The notes beneath the pieces are model-generated. The model saw nothing but the letters and a program-made list of their open reading frames with translations, had not been told where the DNA came from and ran no database searches. Positions 1-14,212 of a stretch of 64,000 nt of DNA are shown in pieces. Numbering within the stretch: position 1 is the first letter of the stretch; every line of letters begins with the position of its first letter. The position numbers were made by a program, and so were the translations under genes. This DNA comes from the human T2T-CHM13v2.0 reference genome, Homo sapiens: NCBI RefSeq assembly GCF_009914755.1, contig NC_060925.1; one strand, given 5' to 3'.

Positions 1-1554
1 GTTATTACTTATGTTTAAACCTAACAACTTCCAAGGCAACTTTCCCAGATTCCCCAAAAAGTCAATTCTGGAGCTGACACCAGGTTAAAACTGCTAATTT
101 TATTACTACCAGAAATCTACATATCAACTGCTTTTTCCCTGCAATATGACATATTTTCCTAATGTAGCTGTCAGAGGTCAAGGGTATAAGGTAAGCACAA
201 TTCCCATGAAGCATTCTCACTTCTGGAAGGACAACTCTACAGGTGCCACTGGGTAGCCCAGTTTATCTGGAGTGAATAATGGGAGTCAGGGTCTGGGTAC
301 CTGCTGATTTTAATAGTGAGGGCGCCTACATACTGCAGCCAGGTCCATCTCTGGACACCTCATAGCAGAGAAATCATCAGAGCCTGTCTAAGTTTTCAAC
401 CTGCATGATACATAACGGATGTGGCCACAATTACCAGATAGGCTTCTTCAAAGGAAATTTCTGTTCTCATTCCCCAAGAACACCTGAAATTGAAAAAGCT
501 AAGGACCCCTCATGAACACTGTTTCCAACTACTGCTTCTTTGCACAGTACACTGCATCCCCTGGCTCCTTGCCTACCACCTTCCTCTAGGGTCTTTCAAT
601 TGCAAGATGCAGAGTATGGTACTTGAAAGTTTCCAAGAGTTTCATTTTCTTCCAGGAGTTCACCTTACTGCTGCAGAGTAGCTTTTTTTGTTGCTGTTTT
701 TTCCCCTGAGCAAGGGACAGGAGCCCTCAATCATCTTGCAGGAAAATGATAGCATCTGCTTGAGGATTCCAACTAAATGTTTTACTGCAGCTTTTCAAAC
801 TGACTATATTTAACTGATTATATTTAAAACTGATTAACTGATTATATTTAAAGCTCCCTTGGGGAATGGGAGCTGTGAGGAAAGAAGCTTTGGAGAAGAC
901 CTTTGTTGGCATGAATGAAAAATTGCTCAGACCTCCCAAGGGAAAGAGCTTGTTTATATACCAGCCATCAACATTCCCAAGTATATATACATACACAATA
1001 CGACTCCAGTTTTAAATTTCATCTCCTGCTCTTGAAGGGTCCTGAAAGGGTTAAACTGTTCCAAGCAAAGGCCTGCACTTTTTCTATCAAAATGCTCCAG
1101 ATGGAAATTACAAAATTTCGCTTCCAGCTCTGTGGTGCACACACACTGTTCTCCTAAGACATTAAAAAAAAAAAAAAGACAAGACCCCTAATGTTCTCGA
1201 GAAAGAAAATGTGACTGCTCAGCATACAGTGCCACCCTGTTTCAGACTATTTCTTCTGGAATATTTGCATGAACTGTCAATCTCAAGCTTTCTGGGAGAC
1301 TGTAAAAACTCAAGGTATAGAGAGGGTAAAGGAAAGGGGCCTTAAATAAGGAAAGAACAATAGCTGGGACTGTATACAGTCATGTGTATTCACCCAAATA
1401 CCACCCAGATTCACAACCCTGGTAACCATGCCCTGCACCTTACCACCTTCGCTGCTCCAATCCCAGCAACAAGCTAACAGGCTAGAGGCCAAAGGCTTCA
1501 GTTTATGACCATGAATCTGACCAGGGTTGTAAAGAATTTCCAGAGATTAATGTA

Positions 1555-1902
1555 CATCAGCCCTCCCCATACCTGCAGGTTCCATATCTGCAGATTCAAC
1601 CAAATGGGAATGGAAAATATTCAAGAAAAAAAAAAAAACAATAAAAATACCAATACAACAATTTAAAATAATACAAATTTTAAAAGCAGTATAACAACTA
1701 TTTACATAGCATTTACACTGTATTAGGTATTATAAGTAATCTAGAGATGATTTAAAGTATACAGAAGGATGTGTGTACATAGGTTATACGTAAATACCAC
1801 ACCATTATTTATCAGGGACTTGAGCATCTGCAGATTTTGGTATCCTGAGGGAAGTGGGGGTAGTCCTTGAACCAATCCCCTGAGGATACTGACGGACAAC
1901 TA
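1555..1902. mobile_element. MER2-type TcMar-Tigger non-autonomous DNA transposon
   Basis: Ends CATCAGCCCTCC...GGATACTGACGGACAACT resemble the recalled MER2 terminal inverted repeats; internal GATTCAACCAA...GAAAATATTC and AGTAATCTAGAGATGATTTAAAGTATAC motifs. Confidence 0.8.
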
Positions 1903-2529
1903 CATATAAAAGCATAATGTAAATTGGAAAGAGCTATGTAAAAAGACTAAGAATATTATTGCTTTCAAGTCAGACATTGAGAGGCATGAACTTTCCAAGG
2001 AATGTGGGCACCCACAAACCTGAAACAATGATGGTTTTTAAGAAGACACTACAAGGCAGGCTGACTAAGGAGGCACACCCCTCATAAAACCACTCTGGGG
2101 TAGGGTTGGGGCTGAAGCCTCAGGAGTTCCTCAGGGCACATGCAAGCAGGTGGTTTATAGGGAGGCAAAAATCAAGGGATAGGTAGGGTCCCAGAAAGTC
2201 CCATGAGATGAGGGTCCCATTTAGAGTCCATTTGACTCAAACAATTCTGATTGAAAAAACAGGACCTGGGACTCTGGTCAAAGACAGGCCGAACCACAGT
2301 GGCCAATAATTAGTTTACTTGTTCACTGACAGAAAAAGAAACTGATGTCCAGAGGGTTTAAGTGACTGACCCAAGATGTTTTGTTACGACTAAATGATCT
2401 TAAGCTAGAACTTAAGTTTCATTCCTTACTTATTTCCTATCATTTAATAGCTGGCACTTTGGGAGTGAATATGCAATGCAGCCTCAATAGTCAGCCCAAT
2501 TCAGCAAAAGAAAGGCTCACAGAGAAGTA

Positions 2530-3510
2530 GACCGTACCATTATTGAGCACTTACAAGTGCAAGATACTGTTCTAAATAATTTATATATCTCATCAACAAC
2601 TCACTACTATCTTAGGAAATGTATTTTATTTTACCCATTTTCCAAATAAGGAAACTGAGGCTCAGACAAGTCATGTAACTTGCCTGAAGTGAAAGGCTAT
2701 CTACTGGCAGAACCAAGATTTAAACCTGAATCACTTTGACTCTAAAAATTGCACTTAACAACCAAACCAAACTGCATAGCTGTTACAGCAATTTTCTTTT
2801 TATCTTGGCATCTGTAAGAGAAGTCTGGCAGCACCATGAGTCCCATATAACACACAAAAAGCTGACACTCATAATAATTCTGACCCAGGGCTTCTAGCTA
2901 GTGGGGGGCAGAGCCAAACCAGATCGCAGGCCCTTTGTCTCCAAATTCTGTGCTGTTCCATAGAGAGCCCAGCTTCCAGAATATAAGCTCCACGAGGGTA
3001 GAGACTTTTTCTTCTTCACAGCTGTATGGCCAATCGCCAGAACACACAGCAAGCACTCAATAAATAGTTAATGAATAAAGGAATGAAGTCAAGCTGCCAT
3101 GGTTTGGCTGTGTGACCTTGGAAGGGCTTCTCATCCTCTCTAAGCCTCAGTTTCCTTATATGGTGAATGGAAGGTGACAATAATACCCATTCCCTGGGTT
3201 GAGGTAAGGATTAAACCAGACCATTCATTTAAAGCACTTGGGATGGACTGGAACATAATGAGCAACCAAAATGTAATCTATTATCATTATCATTATTACT
3301 ATCATTATTCATTGACAGATTTGGGCTCCTTAAGAATTTTTTATTTTTTTCCACCCTGGTCAGATGATGTTTCATAGTAAAGATACAGAATAGAGAATTG
3401 AGAGTTGGTAAATCTGCTTCTAGTTTCAGATCTGCCACCATCTAGCCGTGTGACCTTGGACAAGCCTCTTCAGTTCTCTGTATTCTCCTCAGCTGTAAAA
3501 TGAAGGACTA
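2530..3510. mobile_element. Cluster of old MIR/L2 fragments in the SRGAP2 intron
   Basis: MIR core motifs GAAACTGAGGCTCAGA, TGTGACCTTGG, CCTCAGTTTCC; L2 3' motif GCACTCAATAAATA...TGAATAAAGGAATGAA. Confidence 0.7.
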
Positions 3511-5544
3511 AACTATTCAAATCAGTTCCATAAGCATTCATCAGGCACCTTCTCGGAGTAAGACATCATGCTCAGCCACCTATAAAATTCTATGATCCTG
3601 AATAGTATCAATGGGAAAATATCAGAGCAAAGCAAAATAGTCTGTTTGTGGCAAGGTTGAAGAGAGAACCCAAATAGCCGACTGCATTACCTCATCTCAA
3701 TGAGCAATGTTTGTAAATATCCAAAGTGTTTAATTTTGAGACACTCTTGAGAAATCCTTTGCCAATAAGAAATTGGCAGATATGGTTCTATTAACACCTA
3801 TCAGCCTTGAACCTTCCAAAAATTAAACATTTAAAGTCACTTTGCACCTTAGTCAAATGGCGTGCTTCTGGAGAGAAATCTGGGAAGATCAAAGTTATTA
3901 ACACTCCCGATGGCAACAGTTTAAGAATAGGATGTGTTAAAAAAAAAAAAAAAAAAAAAAGACATATCTGGTTAAAACTGCAGGGGGGATTCCAAGAGCA
4001 AATGCAATGCATCTGGACAGGACATGGAGGCCAGTGGCCTATTGTTTACAAAAACAGGCCTGGATTATGAACAGTGACAAGAGGCCAAGACCTCAATAAT
4101 AACTCACAACCACACCTCTCTCAATCCCAGTTCAACTGAAGCTATCAATCAGTCAACTCCCCCATCTCTGTAATAAACCTACCAATATTTGCAGCCAAGT
4201 GGATAGAAGGCCCCTTAGGGCACCTCCAGCACTGACCAAACTAATGACATAAAAAAGATCCTGTAGGTACAATGAGGACTTCAGACTACCTTCCAACCTT
4301 CCAAGAGATAAGGGAGCTGCCCATTTCAAACTCTACGCCTACCCCCACCCCCCAGCAATCATTAGAGGGGAGCCATGGCCCTTCCCAAGTCCTCTCTGAT
4401 AGGAAAAGGTCTCCTTGCACTGGTGCAGGGAAAGGAGGGGCCCCTCCCTCTGTACTCTGAAACAAAGGAAAACCCAGAGCTCCAACCATGTGGTGTAACA
4501 TTCAAGGCCACCCACCTCTTCCACTCCCCAGCTAAGGTCTCAATGGGCTGGAGCCACATGGCTCTTTCCAGTGACTGACCAGGAAAGGACAGTGCCTTGC
4601 ACAAACACATGCTGCAGCTCTTTAACAGGCAGGAACCCTTCCTATGGGAATTGCTGGTTTAAAAAACGCTATCTGAGTAAGGGCTCTTATTCATGAGTCA
4701 AGTCAGTCGACTAGATGAGAAGACAGGTCACTTGGTTTCTCCTAGTCCACACTTTGCTTTACCCTTCACATTTTTCAGGAGAGGGAAATGGGGCTTTAAA
4801 AGCATGTCTTCCGGAGCAGAGGGCCACAGCACAGAAGGGTTAAACAATTATGTCTTCCCATTTTCCAGAATCAGCACCAACCGGCTACCCTAACATCCTC
4901 CCAACTCTATTCAGATTTAGGTGAGGGCGGAGACCGGGCGTGGGTGGCCTTATTCTCTGATCTCTGATTGTATGCAGGCCGACCAGAGACCAGGCAGGTA
5001 CAAGGTACACCCAAGGTGGCAATGGACTTTTGGTGCCAATGCCATTGCAAATCTCATGTTTTAATATAGTGCATCCAAAAAACCCCGCCTCTCCCAAGGC
5101 TCTCCAAATGGTACACCTTCCCAAGGTTGCCTTTCTGTCTGGACTCCTCTTCAATCTCTGAAACAAATGTCCAAACACCTGTCAGATTTCAGTTGTCTTT
5201 CAAGGAAACCTGACCCAGAGAACCGGAGGCAAACTGCCTTTCTCTAAGAGCCTCCTGCCCCTCCCCCCACCCTGCCCGGCTTGGGGGGAAAGGGCTGCCA
5301 AAATCATGGTCAGCCCCACAAAGATACTCCTACAGCCCACTGCAAAAATTCCTTTCCAGTGTCAATGGCCCCCTGGCATTGCCCATCCTTTGGAGGTTCA
5401 GACCCATCTATGAAACCACCTCTGGGGTCAGCCTGCCCCCATCTGCTCCACCCAAAGAAATGAACAACCTGCAAATCACGGTGGAAATACACGCCTCACC
5501 AGTCCACAGAGCATTTGCAGTGTGCTATTTTTCAAAACCCTTAC

Positions 5545-5611
5545 CTTTGACCTGAGTATCGTACTCTGCTATGATCTCCTTATCCTTTTTGAATTTGGCT
5601 GGAGACGTCAT
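5545..5611 (-). CDS. SRGAP2B: SRGAP2-family first coding exon (start of the F-BAR region), MTSPAKFKKDKEIIAEYDTQVK, then donor AAG|GTAAGG; the gene continues leftward out of the window
   Basis: Reverse complement reads ATGACGTCTCCAGCCAAATTCAAAAAGGATAAGGAGATCATAGCAGAGTACGATACTCAGGTCAAAG|gtaagg, matching the known SRGAP2 N-terminus. SRGAP2 identity is secure; paralog B is inferred only from the FAM72D-like partner. Confidence 0.93.
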
Positions 5612-6153
5612 GTTTTCCTTCTTTCTTCCAAATTCGAATTGTGAATTGATAGATCCACGGAAAAAATCCAACCACCTAAATCAATACCTCCAAGACCGCT
5701 TCTCTCGAGGGCAGAAGGGGCCCCCCACGGTGGTCTCCAGCGCTCCGTGGAGCGCGGGCTGCGGGCTGGGCAGACGGCTACGGCGGGCACATGCAGACGG
5801 TGGGCGCTGAGGCCGGGTGCGGCGGCGGCTGGTGCCTGTGCTAGAGCCGGAGCCGCAGCCTCAGCATTAGCCGGGAGAACTGCAGCGCCCGGAGGCTGGC
5901 CTGGGGTCTGACATCAACGACACAGGCGGGGAGTGGAAGTCCTTCCGCACAACATGGTGTGGGGCTGCGGGGGTGTGGACGCGCCCAGCTGTGTCCCCGG
6001 GAGGGAGTGGGTGCTTTTCGGGGTGCCGGGGGAGGGCTGGGCGTGCTTCGCGGTTTTTTGTCGTAGAGGCTCAAAGATGCTGCAAATCAAATCCCAAACG
6101 GGAGCCGCAACAGCGCAGACTGGATCGGAAGTCGTTTGCTCCGGTTCACTTGC
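5612..6153 (-). other. SRGAP2B: SRGAP2 5'UTR part of the first coding exon (542 nt) with four uATGs
   Basis: Acceptor CCCCTCCCCCTTTTCCTGCATTTACAG|GCA (AG at 6155-6154) upstream of the ATG at 5611. Confidence 0.8.
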
Positions 6154-7932
6154 CTGTAAATGCAGGAAAAGGGGGAGGGGGCGATCAGCCAGAGCGCAGA
6201 TCCTAATCGCGGCGGGGGTGGGGTAGGGGACGTCGTTCCGAGCCCGCCCTGGGCCCATTCCTGTCCGCTTAACGTCTCCCCGCCCGCAGAGCCTGGCGCT
6301 ACGAGGTGGGGAGGAAGGAAGCTCCCTCCGGATTTTAAGGCTGAAAGAAAACACTTTGGAGCAGCCGCCTGCGCGGGCTCCGGGCGGGAACTGCAGGAAC
6401 GCGGGGCACCGGGCGGGGAATGCGGCACCTCGGCGGCCTGCTGAGCCCCGCCAGCGCTGGGCAGCGGCCAGCCCGAGGGAGCCCTCCCGACCTAGCCCCC
6501 GACGTGGCCCCAGACCCCCGGCCGGGGCACCTCCCTGTACATCAAAGGGGATCAAAGCCGGGGAGGGACAAGCCACCAGGGCACAACTTTTCTTCCTCTC
6601 CCGCCCCTCCTCCCAGTTGTTTTGTTTTTGGTTACTAGCTTCTCTTGGCAGCAAAATGTTGATGGGGGGGCGGGGCAAATCTGCAGGAAAAAGCCTGCTC
6701 GGCACGGGACACATCCAGGAAAACAATGTGGTCAGCTGAAGCAGGAAACGGGTTAGAGGATAGGGTCGGAGCCGGGAAAACCGGGGGGCGGCGAGCGGAA
6801 GGCAGCCGTCGCCTCCCTCAAGCTAGGGACGATAGTGACTATAAATGCCACCCCCAATATTTTTTTGACACCCAAGCTCAGAGATCCCAGATATCCCACC
6901 CAATCCCAGGCTGGGGATGGGAGGAGGTCGGTGAGGTCGCAGTCCTGACTCCTCGCACCAGGCGGTGCCCGAGAAGATCCGGCCCCGGACGAGGCCCAGG
7001 GGGCTGGAGGGACGCAAGCGGGAGCGCGGAGCCCGGCGACTAGCTCCCTCGCGTGCCGCAGCGGCGACCCTTTCTACTTGGTCTTTCCTTTTCCTCCGAG
7101 CGCCGGGAGGAGGAAGCTCCCGCTAGCGTCTCCCACTTCCCGCGGCTGGAGGAAGGGGCCACGCTGAGGGAACAAGACAGGGAGCAGAGGCGGCGGGGTT
7201 CAGGCGAGCGGGAAGCGGGAAGCGAGAGGCGGGTGTGAGATGGGGTCCTGAGGCTGGAAGGGAGCCCGGGGACAACTGGAGTTGCACACGCTCGGAAGGC
7301 GGGAGGCGGCAAGGAGAAGGCTGCCTTAGAGGTGAGGGGAATTGGGGCATGATCATGGGCCGCGATGTTGCGTGAAGCGCAAGGATGTCAGGAACTGTGG
7401 GGGCCGAGATGTGGTCTAGGGATGGGAGTGGGCGAAGAGAAGTCCATCGGGGCGGGCCGGGGGGTGGGACTCGGGGAGAGCCCCGGAAGCTGCGCGGAAC
7501 ACCCATCCTCCTGGGTCCTAGGCTGGGACCCGGGCTGTCCGCCAGGGCTGGGAGACACTGGAGGAGGCCGGCCGATGATTACGCGCGATGCCAACGACGA
7601 CTGCCCTACGGTGGACCGCGGCTGCCCGTGTGCGGAGGAAAGGGAGAGGCGGCTGGGTGCCGGCTGCGCTGCGGTCCGTGAGCCAGGACAGAGTCCCAGG
7701 CTGTACAGTGATGGGCGGAGAGACTCGCAGTCCTGAGAAGTATTATGGGCTGTACTGGGAGATTTGGAGAGGGTGGAGGAGGGGCGGTCTGAGGGATTCC
7801 GGGCGGCACCGCTAAGGCGATGCCGCGAGCAGCATCCGCGCCCTCTCCTTCCCGCCCCAGCCCGGGTTTGTTCAGTCAGGGCTCCAGCCCGGCGGCCGGG
7901 AGGAAGAAAAGGAAGAGGGAAGGAGCCTTTAC

Positions 7933-8030
7933 CTGGCTCTGACGCGACGGGTCCCAGGCCCCCGGCTCCGCTTCCCACTCAGAGCTCTCCTCCCCTCTCT
8001 TCCCCGCCACCCGTTTCTACGCAGATCTGT
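7933..8030 (-). other. SRGAP2B: SRGAP2 non-coding first exon (5' end approximate)
   Basis: Minus-strand donor GCCAG|GTAAAG (GT at 7932-7931) next to the CCAAT promoter cluster; the start site cannot be fixed from sequence. Confidence 0.65.
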
Positions 8031-8099
8031 GCCCCAGTCCCTGGAGGAGCCTCCGCCAACTCCGCAGGACCCCGCCGGGAAGTAGAGCCCACCCCTTTA

Positions 8100-8691
8100 C
8101 CAATCACCGCCCGTTTTCTATCGACCGATGGGGCCCATAGCCAATAGGAAGAGCTGATCCCGAGAGGCCCGGAATGAGGGGGAGGAGCTGGCAAAACTTG
8201 GAGGTGTGACTAGCACTGCCGAGGCGTGGTCACAGATTAAGCTCCACCCCGGGTTGTTGAACCCCTAAGTAGAACTGATGGGCGGGATTAAGGTGGAACC
8301 GACGACCAAACACAAACTCTTGAGCTGAGGCACGGCCAATTGGGCCGGGGTAGAGAGGAGGGGTGTTGCGGGGAATTTTAACCAATAAAGAGTAGAGACC
8401 GGTGGAGACTGTAGACCCTCTTCCAATAAGAAGCGGGAAGGGCGTGCCTTGCCACTTTCACTAGGGCTAAAGCAGGGTTTGCCGAAACCTCCCGAAGCCG
8501 GCCAATGAGATCGGAGGCGGAGCCAAGCTCAGCCGACCAGAAAGCCGAATTGATCTCAGCACCGTTACTGGGGCGGTGCCTACGGTCTTCAAGCCACTAA
8601 GCTCTCGTGAGGGGAGGCCCCGGAGCCTTCCAATGAGGGACTGGGGCTAACTCTAGTTCTTCCAATCGGTGCGCGGCGCTGGCAATTCAAA
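8100..8691. promoter_or_regulatory. Bidirectional core promoter: eight CCAAT (NF-Y) boxes, GC boxes and a CHR-like TTCAAA
   Basis: CCAAT at 8100, 8141, 8336 (CCAATTGG, both strands), 8382, 8423, 8502, 8630, 8662; TTCAAA (reverse complement of CHR TTTGAA) at 8686-8691, preceded by GCGCGGCG. Confidence 0.75.
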
Positions 8692-9500
8692 CTGATACCG
8701 GGTTGGAGAGGCAGGAAAAGCGGAAGAGGGAGCGAAAACCAACGTGTTCGGTGACAGACCCCAGCGCCGACTGAGCCTCTAAAGCGACTTCAGCTCTGCC
8801 CCACCAACACCACCGCGCGCCCGGGAACAGCCGCTCCGGGAAGAAACCTGAGGGGACTGCGGGGGGCACGAGGGACAGCTGAGGGAAGGGAGGACGCGAG
8901 AGAAACAGCGCGAGCACGCTGAGGGCCGGGGGTTGCCAGGAGAGGGGCCCGCGGACCCGCAGAGCGGAGGAAGGTCCGGGAGAAAAGGGGCGGGACGGAG
9001 GAGAATCCGGGATCGCCTGGCAGAAAAAGAGAAGGGAGTTTCTGAATCCTGGGAAGAGGAGGCGTGGGTAGGGACGCTTAGCCCGAGATCCGACAGCAGG
9101 GAACCGGAGCGCTCCGGGGGAGGGGCTTAATGCTGGGGAAGGGATGTCTTAAAAGAGGAGAAGCTTTAAATTAGACGATCGGAGAAGGCTGAGGGAATTG
9201 CTATGAAGGGGCGGGAGCTGAAGTGTAGAGGACTCCTTTAGACAGCAGAAAGGGAAAGCCGTTGAGAAGTTCCCTTCAAACTCCACCTGCCTCCTCTCCA
9301 ATTCAAACTCCACTCCCTTCTCCAAAAGTTAAAAGGAAAGCCAAGTTTACCACGCTCCCCTGTTCCTACTCAATAAATACTTCTTCTACTCCGCCACCGG
9401 GAAAACAGAAAAAAAAACTAATTTCCTTCCCAATATTAGGACTTAGAAAAGCTCTAGGTCCCGCAATTTGAATTTTAGCCTAGGGGAATCAAAATAGTAG

Positions 9501-9710
<210 letters not shown>

Positions 9711-11309
9711 TAAGTCATGCTAGTGGCGGGCAACGGTAGCTTTTAACTAAATGGGAACACTTATGGCTTGGATCTGTGGGAGTCAACAAGGAGGTTATCA
9801 TTTCGGTGTTTCAGCCACTCCCACCAGTTTGATGATCCCCTTGTAATATATCTAAGTGGGCAGACTGTCTGGACAAAGTCTATGGTTTAGCCAAGGTGGT
9901 CAGTCCTGATGTAATGCTTCTAGTTCAATTGCAGTCATGCGACCACACATCTCTTAAGTTTGATCCCTGGTTCAGTGCCCTGCCCAACCATCCTATTTCA
10001 CTGAATCAAGTCCGTGGCGTAGACTTTAGGTAAATTCAGGCAAAATTTTCTGTACTGTTGGAGAGGAGAGGTCATTTAAGTTTTTCATTTTTATCCATGA
10101 AATTTTGCACCAAAAAAAAAAAATCCGTTTTCTATCATTATTTGCAATTGGCATCCTAAATCAGATCCGTTGTTCATCAAATTCAGTTTTCTTTCCTCAA
10201 AACTCTCTCTCTCTGAAAGAGATGTAAATAGATTTTTATGGGATGAAAAATAGAGACTTAGCCTTAATCCTTATCTCCAATAAAGACTATTTTGGACATT
10301 ACACATTTGTTCCCATAATTGAACCCTTTTAAAATCTGTTTGTTTTCAGCCACTAACTGCTTTTGGGTGTAGAGTCCTTAAGAATTTGCTTCCTATTTGG
10401 TAAAATAGCCATTTTATTTGACTCAAATAAACCTCTTTCTAGCTCTAAATGGTACTTTCCCTTTCCATAATCAACATATATATGCCCTACATGAATCTTC
10501 AAAATTTAGTTATTTATTGAAATTTTATTATTAAAAGGAAAGTAATTATCCAAAATATGAGTGGACAGTTATTCTCTAAGTCTTTGGATATAGAGCCAGA
10601 GGAAGCAGGTTAATAACCACAATTCATTTTAAATGAATTTCATGATAATGATAGAAACTTTACAAGTTTTTTGATTTACCCAGGTAAAGCTGTGTACTCT
10701 TCCTTTCTTGAAATCTTTTCTGAATTGGTCTAAGTGTAATCACGTCTAACAGCAAAGCCAAAGGCTCTCATTTATTGCAGAGATAAATGTGTTATTTTAA
10801 AATCTTTTTAATTTTTTTAAATTCTAAGTTAATATTTTACATTTGTGTGTGTGTACATCGTATATGTATTTCAAAAAAGGGAAAACACTAGAAAATAAAT
10901 CATAGAACCTACTGCTACAAAGTTCTGTGATTCATTGTCCACTGCTTTTTCTTTTTAGTAGCTCATACACAAATTTAAAATATTAACCCATTCATCTTTG
11001 CAATAGCTATGGTAAGTAATAGGGCAGTCATAAGGAAGGCTAGGTGAATTGTTACAGGTTAGACCCAAGTCTAGAATAGAATCATGTTTTTCCTATTTTC
11101 TACCCTTCTTTGTAGGGGTTAAAATAATAATGAATTAGCGTGCTAAGATGTATGTGAATCAATGAACACATAAAAATTTTTTTAATGGAAAATTTGTCAG
11201 ATGTTTATGTTGAGCTCACAAATATGAACTGACTCTTTAAAAATATACTATACTTCTATGTTAGCTTTCAGCTCTTTGGATTGACAAAATTTGTGCTAAA
11301 TCAAGCGTA

Positions 11310-11555
11310 GAATTACTATCTGATCCAGCAGTTCTGGGTACATATCCAAAAGAATTCAAAACTGGATCTTGGAAGAGATATTTGCACACCCATGTTCATT
11401 AACAGCATTATTCACAATAGCCAAGAGGTGGAAGCAATCCAAATGTCCATTGATTCTACAGATGAACAGATAAACAAAATGTGGTATAGGGCGCCTATAG
11501 TTCCACCTACTCAGGAAACTCTGGTAGGAGGGTCACTTGAACCCAGGAGATTCAT
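11310..11555 (+). mobile_element. Old L1 fragment followed by a short Alu-monomer-like piece
   Basis: ATTTGCACACCCATGTTCATT...AAACAAAATGTGGTATA (L1 ORF2 end), then GGTCACTTGAACCCAGGAG. Confidence 0.7.
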
Positions 11556-11647
11556 TACACAGCAATGTGATTATATTTAACACATCTGCTCTGCACACAT
11601 AAAACTTGTTAAGTTGGTAAATTTTGTTAATTTTTTGCCACAATTAA

Positions 11648-11776
<129 letters not shown>

Positions 11777-12189
11777 TAATTTGTGGCACTATTCTGGATA
11801 GCTCTGGGTTTGGAAGATGGATATTGACACCAAAGCATAGAGAAAGGTTCAGTGGGCTGCAACAAGGACTGGTATAAAGCATGCAATGAGCCATTGAAAA
11901 ATTACTTATTACTTAGAGCTATTTTTTAAAAGGGTTTTCTGATGCTTCACATTAGTATATAATTTTACAGTTTTCAAAGTGTATTCACAGTATCCGCTTC
12001 AATTTTCAGAACAAGGCAATGTAGGTTAGGGGGGAGAAACACCTGGATTTACAATAATAAAAATCATGTTTGAGGTCTGACCCTACCCTTACTCTCTATG
12101 TGACCTTGAGTGAACTCCTTTAGCCTCTAAACTGCTGAACCTCTGTTTTCTTATTTAATTTCTAGGTTATTACTCCTTCTTTCTTTGTT

Positions 12190-12790
<601 letters not shown>

Positions 12791-13166
12791 TCTGTCTTAT
12801 TAAGATAGAAATTTAATAATCTTCTGTGTTTACCTTATCAAGTTATTATAAAGAGCAAATATGAATGTTAAAGTGCTCAATAAACTATAAATTACAACAG
12901 CTGAGAGCTATTACTATAATCTTTTGAGAAGTAGACGTGTTATTATTTTCATTTTAGGAGGATAAAAGTTGAAATTTTCTCATTTAGATGGGGTTTGTAT
13001 TTAGAAGGGGTTTGTATTATAAATGACAATCCTAATAATTTAAATTGGCAAGCTCTTCTTATGTGCTATTTGATTTCATTCCTTTATTTAAGCTATACTT
13101 GTATTGAGGAACTAGTATGTGGTAGTCATTGTTACAAGGGCTGGAAATACAACAAAAACTAGATGA

Positions 13167-13948
<782 letters not shown>

Positions 13949-13974
13949 AAGAACAACATTTTCAAAAGAAAACC

Positions 13975-14212
13975 AAAACAGGAAAGTTAATTTTAATCAT
14001 ATATTTTGTCTAACCCAATGTATCCAAAATATTATTTCAACATGTAACCAACATAAACTACTAATGTAATATTTTATATTCCATTTTTTGGTCTTACTCT
14101 TTGAAATCTGGTGTACATTTTACACTTAACAGCACATCTCAATTCAGGCCAGCCCCACTGCAAGTGTACAACAGCCACATGTGGCTAGTGGCTATTATTC
14201 TTGACAGCATAG
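13975..14212 (-). mobile_element. MER33-like hAT-Charlie fragment
   Basis: AGCCACATGTGGCTAGTGGCTA palindromic end and CAGCACATCTCAATTC motif. Confidence 0.75.

Larger units (their letters stand above)
5690..9120. promoter_or_regulatory. CpG island spanning the SRGAP2/FAM72 head-to-head region
   Basis: Very high GC and CpG density over about 3.4 kb compared with CpG-poor flanks. Confidence 0.9.

Noticed and set aside
808-852. Short tandem duplication TTAACTGATTATATTTAAA (similar ones near 12983-13017 and 20212-20230)
   Set aside because: Ordinary slippage duplications with no sign of function.
5914-9130. Many long GC-rich ORFs (e.g. 5914..6726, 7388..7978)
   Set aside because: They overlap in all frames and are Pro/Arg/Gly-rich, as expected from stop-codon scarcity in a CpG island; no recognisable protein.
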